A stretch of 64,000 nucleotides of DNA. Source: Azolla caroliniana (Eukaryota; Plantae; Polypodiophyta). Every line of letters begins with the position of its first letter. The stretch's first letter is position 1. The translations under genes and the position numbers were made by a program. A model generated the notes under the pieces. That model was not told the DNA's origin, made no database searches, and was given only the letters and a program-made list of their open reading frames with translations. Below are positions 1 through 11,140 of this stretch, in pieces. Location: NCBI GenBank assembly GCA_043228905.1, contig JBHGNT010000003.1, positions 11,842,001 to 11,906,000 on the forward strand. Reading direction: 5' to 3'.

Positions 1-546
1 AGGGAACACCATATATATTCCATTTTTTTCCTATACTTGGGCTCTCTCCATATATTATTTTTCTTTTCCTTCTCAACTCCCTTATCTTAGGGAAGCCATA
101 ACTCTCATAAACCCTAAATTCCCTACGGAAGCCATAACACTCAAAAACCCTAATCTTCCCTACGAAAGCCATATCTCTCAAGTAAATCCTAATTTTCTTA
201 TCGAAGCCATATCTCTCAAGTAAACCCTAATTTCCTTACGGAAGCCATATCTTACTCATAACCCTAAATTTCCAAACGGAAGCTATTCAACTCATAAAAC
301 CATAATCTCTTATCAAAACCAAAAACCCTAATTTTCTATAGAATTCATATCTTAATTTCCTCTAATCTATTACTCTAGCCATCTCCCTTAGCAAACTTTT
401 TGTAATCCCAATCTTGGGATTAATTGTAATTCTCCTTTCGGTTAATTCTTAGTACATAAATACACGAATTTGATATCCTCTAGTCAAAAGGCCCCGGGGT
501 CTTGCCTCAACGTTCACGTATCCTCATCGTATGTTCGCGACATCTT

Positions 547-564
547 TGGTGAACCCGACGTGAA
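547..564 (+). promoter_or_regulatory. Primer-binding site complementary to the 3' end of plant tRNA-Trp
   Basis: TGGTGAACCCGACGTGAA, 4 nt after the LTR end, is the reverse complement of the plant cytosolic tRNA-Trp 3' end (...UUCACGUCGGGUUCACCA, recalled from memory). Confidence 0.8.
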
Positions 565-587
565 ACGAGGCGGTAGGAGGATATCTC

Positions 588-1460
588 ATGGAGGCATATA
601 GATACAAAGAGCCGAAGAGATGCAAACTATACGAGTTCGATCAATGGGTATCATCATTAAAGACCCACCAAAGTGCCATGCATGCTTTCGTTGAGTTCAA
701 GTGTCGCTTTGCACAACTCTCAGAGTGGGATCAAAGATTGGTGGGGGTGGAGAAAGTCCCAATGTTTGTGAAGTCGATCGATCGGAAGGAAAGGAAGGCC
801 ATTGGAATCCAACTTGAGGATGATGATGGTGCAAATGGCCTCACCGAGGATTGGACGAAAGTGGAAAGAGTATGTCAACTGCACGATAAGAGGAAGACAA
901 GATTCTTATCGGCAACAACACAATCCATGACGGATGGTGAAAGGAGGACAAGAAGCAACTACAAACTACCACCTAAAGAAGAAAACTCGAAGAGGGAAGG
1001 TTCAACAATACTCGATATAGAAGTCTTGATGGAAGAGGCATTCGAGAACTTAAAGGCGCAAGTTGAGGCTGAAGAGAAGCTTCAAAAGGAGCAAAAATTG
1101 AAGCAAATGATGAGCGAGGAAGAAGAGGCCTCCCAACAAATGCGGATTAATGTTACGGTTGATACAAAGGCCCATGTTCGGTACCACGATGTAACCATGG
1201 GAGAAGATGTGGAACAAGACGCCTTCTCGTCTTGCAAAGAAACAATGGCGAAGAATGAAACAAATGAATCGAGGGTGGCGAATGCCACTTCAAGTAAGGG
1301 CAAATGTTTTGGAACACGCATCGTGTCTGAAACATCAAGTGATGAAGGTGCTAGCATGAGCAAAGCTTGCATGATCAAGGGAGATAAAAAGTGTGAGGTC
1401 AACATGATTGAGGAGGTAGCCACGAGAAACGACATTGAGTTAGAAGTGGCTAAAAACTAG
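588..1460 (+). pseudogene. Gag-like ORF fragment of element A, followed by degenerate acidic/repetitive coding sequence to ~2400
   Basis: 290-aa ORF directly after the PBS, with helical gag-like segments (FVKSIDRKERKAIGIQLEDDDGANGLTEDW). Downstream reading is broken by stops and ~160-bp degenerate repeats. Confidence 0.55.
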
Positions 1461-2490
1461 TCAATGGCAGATGGCCGTGTCAAGACTTTCTCCACACTTG
1501 TTCTAGAGACTTGGGCAGATGCGTCGAAAAGTAAACGTGAGACCCAAGAGACAGAAGGTGGTGGCGAGGAAGTGAAGGCCGAGGCTAACACATGCAAAGA
1601 AGAAGGAGACGTCAAGCCAAAGATGGTAGACAATGATGATGAAGAGACTCTCCCTACAAAGGTTCTCTAGACTTGGGCATTAACCGATGTAAGACCCAAG
1701 AGATGGAAGGTGGCGGTGAGAAAACAAAGATCAACGCCAACACCAACAACCATAAGGTGGAAGTGGCAAAGAGTAGCACGACAAAGGCAATGCCAAACTA
1801 CAAAATTCCTCCACACTCGTTTGAGAGACTTGGGCATTAATCGATGTAACACCCAAGCGAAGGACGATGGCGGTGAGGAAGCAAGGGTTAAAGCCAATGT
1901 GTGCACCAAGGAAGTAAAGCAAAGCAAAATGATGAAAGTCCATGAGTGCGACAAAGAGACCAAGCAAACCTCGAAAAGCACAGATATGGGCCAAGTGCGC
2001 CAAGCGGATATGAAAGATGTGATCACAAAATCTAACAAGGATAATACTAGTGTAGAAATCATAGTCAACTCAAAGACGAGAGTATACCACAAAAGTGGAC
2101 AAAGTGGGAAGCATGCGATGTGGTCACTTAAGGACCTAGAGGAGAGCATGCCGCTAAAGAACGAATTGCTAAGAGTACTCAAGAATAGTATTTTGATAAG
2201 GCTTTTGAAAGACATGCATGTAACAAGAAAGAATGATAAGAGAAAATTAGATGACCAAGGAGATGGCCGAGATGAAGGTGGCACATGCATAAGGAGTGAA
2301 GCATTATCCTCTAGAGGAGCATAGAGAGCCATGACAATCGGTCATGGAAATGCACAAATTGAGCGAAGAATATGGTGGATCGGATGACAATGGCAATTCG
2401 GGTACGTCAACGAAAAATTAAAGTAAACAAAAATGGAGCCTCATCACTATTGGCACATACCGGTGGATGTGCAAGTTTGGTGGGGGTGAA

Positions 2491-4037
2491 TGTCGTGTGA
2501 ATCTTCACACACTATGTAAAAAAATAATGAAATAATTATTATAGATTAGATTAGTAGCTTACTATAGAAAGATAGATATACTCAAGAGCTTCAAAACGTA
2601 TTTTACTATATACAAAATGGAGAAATACATATCAAGTTATGTGAAAATAAAGTTTGAGAAGATAGGGAAATTAGAACTATCCCACATAGATAGGAAAGTT
2701 AAGGCCCTAGCTATATAAGCACCTTGAGCTCCCTCATTTTTCATTTGTGCTAAGAGCACTTTGGCCACTTTACCTTGATGGATGATGGTGGCCAAATTCC
2801 CTAAAACCAGAAACTATCCGGTAAGCAAATCCGGAAACTGGTCAGGTAAGCAAATTTAGGAATTGGCTGGTATGCAAAACAGAAACAGGCCGGTAAGCAA
2901 AATTAGAACGGAAACCGGCAAGCAAACCGGAACCGGAAACCGGCCGGTATGCAAACCAGAAATCGGTTGGTAAGCAAAACCAAAACCAAAACCGGTATGC
3001 AAACCCAAAACCGGCCGGCAAGCAAAACCGGAACCGGTATGCAAACCAAAAATTGGTTGGTAAGCAAAACCGAAACCGGAACCGGTCGACAAGCAAACCG
3101 AAACCGGTCGGCACGCAAAACGGGAATCGGCCAGTAAGCAAAATCGGAACCGGAACCGGCCGACAAGCAAAATGGAACCGACCGGCCAGGGATTCGGCGA
3201 TCGGGCGGCACTGGCAACCGGACGAGGTTGGACGCGGATGGACGGAAGATTGGATCATGCAACAAACTAAAGTAAACTAAAGAGAACTAAAGTAAAGGCC
3301 ATGTGGGCGCAAGCAACTAAAGTTGGACTGCATGCAAAAAGTAAAGGTCATGTGGACGGTCACATGCAACTAAACGAAAAAGCCATGCAACTAAAAGAAG
3401 AAGCTATGCAACTAAAAGTAGAGGCCATGCAACAAAAAGTAGACATGCATATGATCAACAGGGAACACCATATATATTCCATTTTTTTCCTATACTTGGG
3501 CTCTCTCCATATATTATTTTTCTTTTCCTTCTCAACTCCCTTATCTTAGGGAAGCCATAACTCTCATAAACCCTAAATTCCCTACGGAAGCCATAACACT
3601 CAAAAACCCTAATCTTCCCTACGAAAGCCATATCTCTCAAGTAAATCCTAATTTTCTTATCGAAGCCATATCTCTCAAGTAAACCCTAATTTCCTTACGG
3701 AAGCCATATCTTACTCATAACCCTAAATTTCCAAACGGAAGCTATTCAACTCATAAAACCATAATCTCTTATCAAAACCAAAAACCCTAATTTTCTATAG
3801 AATTCATATCTTAATTTCCTCTAATCTATTACTCTAGCCATCTCCCTTAGCAAACTTTTTGTAATCCCAATCTTGGGATTAATTGTAATCTTTCTTTCTA
3901 CTTGTTAATGAAATTTGTTAATCTTTCTCGTTTCGGTTAATTCTTAGTACATAAATACACGAATTTGATATACTCTAGTCAAAAGGCCCCGGGGTCTTGC
4001 CTCAATGTTCACGTATCCTCGTCGTATGTTCGCGATA
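2491..4037 (+). repeat. 3' LTR of element A (~1.55 kb) with three internal tandem arrays
   Basis: CCGG-rich CAAAACCGGAACCGG-type array ~2810-3200; ~21-bp ATGCAACTAAA array ~3255-3450; ~38-bp AAACCCTAA/GAAGCCATA array ~3550-3800. Confidence 0.85.
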
Positions 4038-7000
4038 ACGCTTTTCAACAAACATGGGAGGCGAACCATGTGTCACAATGGTTAACTGCAGCCAAAGAGG
4101 AACAATCTAAGATAGCCGAACTCGGCGTGACATTGGAAGGACCGGCCGCCAGATGGCACCGCACACAGGACCCTAGCACCATCACCACCTTTGCGGACCT
4201 GAAAGCTAAATTGTTGCACTTCTTTCAGAAGGAGGTGGACCAGAGAGAAATGGTGGGCCTATTTTATACCATCCGGCAGGACCTTGGGGAGAGCATTCCG
4301 CAGTTTGTCATCCGGTTTCAACGGATGCACAGTCAGCTTACCCGAGCGCCCCCGAAGGAAGAAACACGGGCTATATTCTTAGCCGCGCTCTGGGAACCTC
4401 TACGGACGGTATGCACGGTTATCGACTTTCGCACAAGTATCGTCGACCAAGTCATCGACCGGGTTAGAGAAATGGAGAAAACAAGGTCTTGGCTAACAAT
4501 GGGAGCACTCCAACGAGTGTTACCAACTGATGAGGATCTCCGGTTTCGACAGGCCATTCAATGCACAACATGCCTAAATGCTGGACACTCAGCACTAGAA
4601 TGTACCATGCGGTTGCAATGTCTACTGTGCCATTCCAGGAACCACACCAATCCCCCGGTTACAACTAACGACAGGAAGCCTACGGCAGACATGATGAGAA
4701 GCCCCGTCAAGAGTATCAGAACAAAAAGAAACGCTATTTCAAGAAACGGGGTCACCTACGGGAACCAGAGAAGGGCACCTCAAGCAGCCAACCGGATCAA
4801 AGCCCCGCCGTTACCACAAGTCTTCCATCGGGAGCAGGAAACAACGTTGAATCCAACACCTCCCGGAAAGCATATTGCTACTATTGCCGACAAGAAGGAC
4901 ATTATAGTAATCAATGCCTGGCAAAGAGCTATGATAAACGACTGGCAGTGAATATGGTAGTTGCCGAAGTCACAGACCTGCAGCAGGTAACCACAAGATT
5001 GAAGGGTAAGGCGACGGAATGGGAGGCGCAAGAGGCCATCCGCAAACACAGGCAACTAAATGGGTAAAAAAGGCGAATGCACGAAACATAGAAGAGCTTG
5101 CGCAGCAACAGGAAAATACCGAAGAGCTCGCCGACGGCAGTCAGCCCGAAAATGCGACATGGCAGGCATTGCAGGAATGCCAAATCACGTTGTCATTAGG
5201 ATGGCTCCTGTAGCTAGTGCCCAGATTCACAGAAGGACTCAAGATAGGCATGACGGTAGGAGAAACACCACCGGCTCCAACATTCTTCTCAAATCCGGAG
5301 GAGGGACCGGCGGTAGTAGACACAAACAGTCCGGCGATTACAGCCATCGTGAAGGGAAAGGAGTTACCCGAAATAGTAATAGATGGAGGATCCGGCGTCA
5401 ATGTGATTAGCCTCCGAACGTGCAAAACTTTGGGAATCCAAGAGTGGGAACCATGCCCGTTCTGGCTACGGATGGCGGATACAAGCTCAGTGCGACCGAC
5501 CAGCTTGATACGAGATTTGGATGTAACAATCGGCGGCCACACATTTCGCATCTCGGCAGTAGTGCTACAACTACAGGCACAGGGAGCTTACCCACTATTG
5601 TTGGGATGGCCGTGGTTGAAAACGGCGCACATTAAACAAAACTGGAGGAAGAATATAATCACCTTCCGGCGGGGAAAAGCAAAAGTACGGGTACCGACAC
5701 AACCACGGACGGGTACCGAGAAGGAATTGACTGCCCTATATGCCGAATGCGTCAATATGTTGGACGGATTAGCAGACAAAGAGGTAGATCAATACTTGCA
5801 GGATAATCCGAAGATCGTACCTCTGTTCGAAATCGACGTAGCCGAAGCCGTATCACCATACATACTGCCACCGGACGGAGCCGACGAGGAACCAAATAAA
5901 GAAGTGATCCGGGAGCTACGGCAAGCACAGGAGGCGCTAGAAAGAGAAATGGTCGTATCACAATGGGTTAAAGCATCCCAACTAGAGGAGGTGAATCTAG
6001 GAACTACGGAAGAGGCGAGAGCGGTGCACATCGCCAAGGAAATGACTGCGGAGAACAAAACAACGATGATTACACTTCTCAAAGAATTTCGGGACGTGTT
6101 TGCCTGGTCTTACAAGGATATGCGAGGGCTCGATCCTCAGCTATATCAGCATCAGATACATTTGAGCAAAGACGCCAAACCGGTAGCACAACGACGGTAC
6201 CGGATGAATCCAAATTACGCCGCCAAAGTCGAGGAAATCGACAAGTTGCTGAGGGTTGGCTTTATCTGCCCAGTAAAGAAATCAACATGGCTGAGCCCGA
6301 TAGGAGTCGTACCAAAGAAAAACGGCAAAATTAGAGTTTGTGACGACTACCGTAAGCTTAACGTGGCGACGGTAATAGATGCATTCCCACTCCCATTTAC
6401 AGATGGAGTTTTGGACGCAGTCGCCGGCCATGAGGTATACAGTTTCTTAGACGGATTCAACGGATACAACCAGATCCGGATGCACCCCGATGACCAGGAG
6501 AAAACGGCTTTCGTCACCGAATGGGGAGTGTTTGTTGCCATAGTAATGATGTTCGGACTAAAAACGGCGCCGGCAACGTTCCAGAGGATCATCATGGAAA
6601 TATTCAGAGAATTCATACTGACATTCATGCAAGTGTTTCTGGATGACTTCGCCGTCTATAGTCGGGAAGGAGATCACTTTCAGCACCTCCGGCTATGTCT
6701 AGAGAAATGTCGAGCTTACCGGCTAAGCTTGAATCCGGCAAAGTGTGTATTCGGAGTGTCAAGCGGGGCGCTATTAGGACACATTCTGAGCAAGGAAGGA
6801 ATTGTCGTGGACCCGGACAAAGTAAAAGAAATCTTGGAGGCACCGGCACCAACAACGGCCAAGGCATTAAGCCGTTTCTTAGGCCAAATCCGGTGGCATA
6901 GCCGAATGCTCTGATATCTGGCGGACCTGGCTACACCGTTGCATGCTGCGGTACACCGCAACACCGTTCCAGTGGACCGACACCAAAGACAAGGTGTACC

Positions 7001-8373
7001 GGGCACTCAAAGTACTATTATCGCAAGCGCCGATAGTGCAACCGCCGGATTGGGCTAAGGAGTTTCATGTGTTCGTGGATGCGTCCGACATTGAAATCGG
7101 AAGTGCGTTGATGCAACTTACGGAGCCAAGGTGGTACCGGCCCATATATTACGCAAGCCGAAAGTTATCCCAAGCAGAACGAAATTATTCCACCACGGAA
7201 AGGGAAGCTTTGGGCATGATCTACAGCGTGACAAAGTTCAGACATTATTTGCTGGGAAGGAAATTTTCCTTCCACGTAGATCATTCGGCACTCCTCTATT
7301 TAGTTTCCAAAGCGTCACTAACCGGTAAGTTAGCACGGTGGACGTTACTGTTGCAGGAATTTGAGTTCGAAACAAATTATTGCACGAAATGGGTAGAAGC
7401 CAAAGCCTTGCGCGACAACACTGCGGCGTCGATGGCGAAATTCTTGTATGAATACATCTGGTGCAGTTATGGATGCCCGATCGAGCTAATAAGTGACCAA
7501 GGAGGGCACTTCCTCGGCCAAGTGGTGGAAAGCTTGACGTCGTTCTATGTCGTGGTGCATAAATGGAGCACGCCATACTATCCGCAAACAAACGGGTTAG
7601 CCGAGTCGACGAACAAAACGCTACAAAATATCCTTCGGAAAATCGTCAACGAAAACCGGACAGACTGGGATACGAAATTGCACAGTGCACTCTGGGCTTA
7701 CCGGACAGCCTACAAAACAAGCATCCAAACCACATCGTTCCGGCTAGCATTCGGATTGGAGGCCGTCATGCCGGTAGAGTTCCAGGTCCCGAGCTTGAGG
7801 ATTCAGATTAGGGAACGGTTAAACGAAAAGGAATCGGAGGCAATTCGGTTAGCAACTCTGTGTGAACTAGAAGAACACCGACTAGCAAGTATCATGCACC
7901 TGGAACTGGAGTAGTGGCGAAGAAAGGCGTTTGTGGATCGCCACCGAAAAGGAAATGAAAAGATGTTTGGAATCGGCAAGCCGGTACTAGTGTTCCAGAC
8001 CCGGATGGGAAAGATGCCGGGGAAACTACGGTTTTGGTGGACCGGACCGTACTGGATCACACGCGAGTTCAATGGATCCTACCAGTTAGGGACACTTGCC
8101 GACGAAGTCCTGGGTAAGTGGGTCAACGGATTTCGACTAAAGCCATACAAGGGACCCATGTCGAGGAACCCATTTGAACAAGGAAAGGCCGATGCCGAAC
8201 CAGATACCGGAATACCGGAAACAACGGCAACCCGATTAGCAATCGGCAACAACGAAGCTGGTAAGGGGGACAAAGAGCCGGCACACGGGTTGGATAAGAG
8301 GACGGCAAACTGTCACGAGGCCGGCAAGATTCCTCATTCGGGTAAGGGTCCGTTAGGACCGGAGACGAATTAA
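4038..8373 (+). pseudogene. gag-pol of element B (frameshifts, stops, deletion between RNaseH and integrase core)
   Basis: CTTCLNAGHSALEC zinc knuckle; protease VIDGGSGVNVI; RT MFGLKTAPATFQ and VFLDDF; RNaseH VFVDASD...NYSTTEREAL; integrase ISDQGGHF and PQTNGLAE; GPY motif. Confidence 0.9.
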
Positions 8374-8384
8374 CCTAACAATTG

Positions 8385-8417
<33 letters not shown>

Positions 8418-8762
8418 TCTAATCGAATCAAAGAAATCATGTAAAGGAGTGGTGGGAACGACCATGCAAACGAGGAGTAAAGAGGCACTTCGAAAAGGTA
8501 CGAGGAGGCTATGAATAGGGCATTAAAACACCGCCACATGGCACGTAATGTTATTATAGTGCACGACCTACACATGCGTAGGCTCGAAAAAGGCGCCAAG
8601 ATGTAGAGAGAAAACACCCCCCGCATCGAGACCTTCTTCTTTCGCGAACCAAGGAGCACAGACGCACACAGGCACTTGAAGATCATCAGAAGAGAGCCAA
8701 CACACACAGAGCTTCCTCATACACATCCCTCACCGACGTTGTCCGACCTCGACGCAGAAGAC

Positions 8763-11111
8763 ATGGACTGCCAGACTCTCTCGGAGGCCGCCAAGAAATG
8801 GCTACGACAACACTGATTGGAGGGGTTCCTCACAATCATGGACGCACCACCACACAAAGAAGCCGACAAGATCATCAAAGAAATTGACACCAAGCTAATC
8901 ACGGAGGAAGCGATCCGTGCACTAACAGGCCTTCCGGAGGGGGGCATCTATACTATTGACAACCCCCTACCTCCGAACGGTTGATCAAATACTTCGGCGA
9001 ATATTCTCTGGCCAACAAGGGCTACAAGACACAGGGCGGAGAAGATATGTTATTCCGAGAAATTGCCCGTGTACTCCATGAGTTCGGCCACGTATACCCT
9101 TGATCCCCCGTTATGCCTCAGAACCAAGCAGCCTTGATCATCGCAACATACGAAGGGGTCAAGGTGGATTGGTCGGTGCTGATCGCCGATGGATTGTGTG
9201 CGGCTATTGACACCGTAAGAGGTAAGGAAGCCAAAGAAGGCCAGAAAATATGGCATGCGGTGGCGCAATGGCTCACCCTATTGGCGCCGCCTGTCGAGCC
9301 CGTCCAGACAAAGAAGCGAGGAAGAGTAACGGACGGCACCCCGAAAGCTGCTTCAAAATGATAGCAGTTGTTGGCCACCAAGACCACTAAGGGGAAGACA
9401 GCCAACACGGAGCAGGCGGCGAAGGAGCGTGCCATCCGGAAGCAGCCGACGGACAAGTAGGAGGAGACACCGGCACAACCCCTGAAGAACACACTCCACC
9501 AACCGGTGTAGCAAGAAACGGACACCCTAGCGGCAAGAATGAATGCCAGGACTCACAAGGAGGAAACGGAGGAAGAACCTACGGAGCGCCTCCAGCGGCA
9601 GCCGAAGACGAGCACCGCAGAATCAGCCGGGAAGCGTTCGGACCCACAGAAGGATGGAACGCCTTTACCCCAGACTGATAATCCCACGCCAAGGGAGGAA
9701 CCGGAACCGGTTCGAAAGGAACCGGTCTTAGAAGCCCCTGCACAACAGGCAATACCAGCAAGCGCCGGTAAGGCATGTGCCACCTTCCTCAGCTGGCCAA
9801 GAACAAGCTGAAACACAACCGGAACCCGAACGGCAAAGTGGTCAGCAGGCAGAGCAGGAAGTGCAGCTCGATGCAGTTAGGCGGGACCGGCCACTGGCAA
9901 GTGAACCCATCAGCCAACCCTCCATGCAGACGCAACAACAGGGTACCGGCAGCCAATGGCTCCGGTGGATAGGAGAGCAGGTTGCCGGAGTGATACTGTA
10001 TGCAGAAGCTGAAGAACAAGAGCAGATGGAACGGTTGCTAGTCACAACCGATGAACTAGAGAAGGCCCGGTCAAGGATCTGGTGCCTTGAACAAGACTTG
10101 GATCGGGTCACAGAAGACATGGCCAAAATGGCCTTAACCGCAACACAAATCCAAGCACCGGTGACTCCGGTGGATGTACAGAATAAAGAAACAACCACGC
10201 ATGTACATACGAATAAGACCCCAGAGATAGAAACCGTCCCGGAGAAAGATGCGGCGCAAGCCCAAGAGCTTGCCGAATTAAGGGATGAACTTGCCGCACA
10301 AGAAGCACTACGGAGCCGCGAACTAGATTTGAAGAAAGCGACAAAAGAGTTAAGGAAGACTGCTGAAAACCTCCGCCGGGCAAAAGAAAATCTGCGGAAA
10401 GGGCATCAAGCTTACAACCGGCTAAAGGAGGAAAAAGAAAAATTGTTGCAGGAGAAGGATAAGCTGCGACGGATGGCGGAAACGGAAATCGAAAGGCTGA
10501 AAGAAGAACTCCGGTCATGGCTAAACAAGACCAAATGCTTGATTGATGAGAGCTCCGTGCAATGGTGGACGAAATGGGCATAGAATACGGCTGAACTCCA
10601 GTTGCTCAGGGCAGATGCCGAAAACCGGCGGAAGGAAGGTGACGACTGTTACATGCTCACATTGGAGGACTTCACCGCCATAAACGATGAGCTGGCAGAA
10701 GATTTCACAGCTCTGGCGGATGAGCAATTGGTGCAGGTCCGGCAACTCATAGCTCAACTGGATGACGATCGGATGGATGCTCAAATCCAGTTTGAGAGCT
10801 ATGAGCGGTTCCGGCTTAGGGAAGAAAAAGCAAGGCAGGCCACAATGGTCAACCTCAGTGATGAGGAACCATCGCCGGTACAAGGACCAGACAGAGACCA
10901 GGCCAGGGTAAGTCAACCAGAAACAACGAAGGAAACGCCAGTGCCAGAGCAACCATCGGAGCTGCAGCCAGAATCGGAGCCACAAACAGAGAAGCAACCC
11001 CAGCCACAATCGGAGCAGCCGCATCAACAGCAACAGCAGCCACAACAGATTCCCATAGAACCACTGGAGACCCTGGAACAAAGCTTCCTGGATATCTTGA
11101 ACGAAGAGTAA
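8763..11111 (+). pseudogene. Extra 3' ORF of element B: plant-mobile-domain-like N-terminus plus long acidic coiled-coil region; disrupted
   Basis: Stop- and frameshift-interrupted coding between integrase and PPT, with motifs ITEEAIRALTGLPEGG, KVDWSVLIADGL, AVAQWLTLL. ORFs 9777-10583 and 10602-11111 are E/K/Q-rich. Start position is approximate. Confidence 0.6.
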
Positions 11112-11140
11112 GGGGCCGGTGTGGGATTCGACGTACAAGG

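Larger units (their letters stand above)
1..4037 (+). mobile_element. Element A: non-autonomous (gag-only, pol-less) Ty3/gypsy-type LTR retrotransposon; 5' LTR truncated by the window edge
   Basis: 1-542 repeats at 3460-4037. 3' LTR 2491-4037 (TGTCGTG...CGCGATA). tRNA-Trp PBS at 547-564, PPT GGTGGGGGTGAA at 2479-2490. The internal region is only ~1.95 kb with no RT, RNaseH or integrase motifs. Confidence 0.85.

Noticed and set aside
90-335. Telomere or interstitial telomeric tract
   Set aside because: AAACCCTAA occurs singly within ~38-bp units inside an LTR, not as contiguous (CCCTAAA)n.
2842-3280. Several overlapping low-complexity ORFs
   Set aside because: They are by-products of the CCGG-rich tandem array in the LTR.
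8763-11111. env gene
   Set aside because: No signal peptide or transmembrane segment is evident; the product is hydrophilic and coiled-coil-like.
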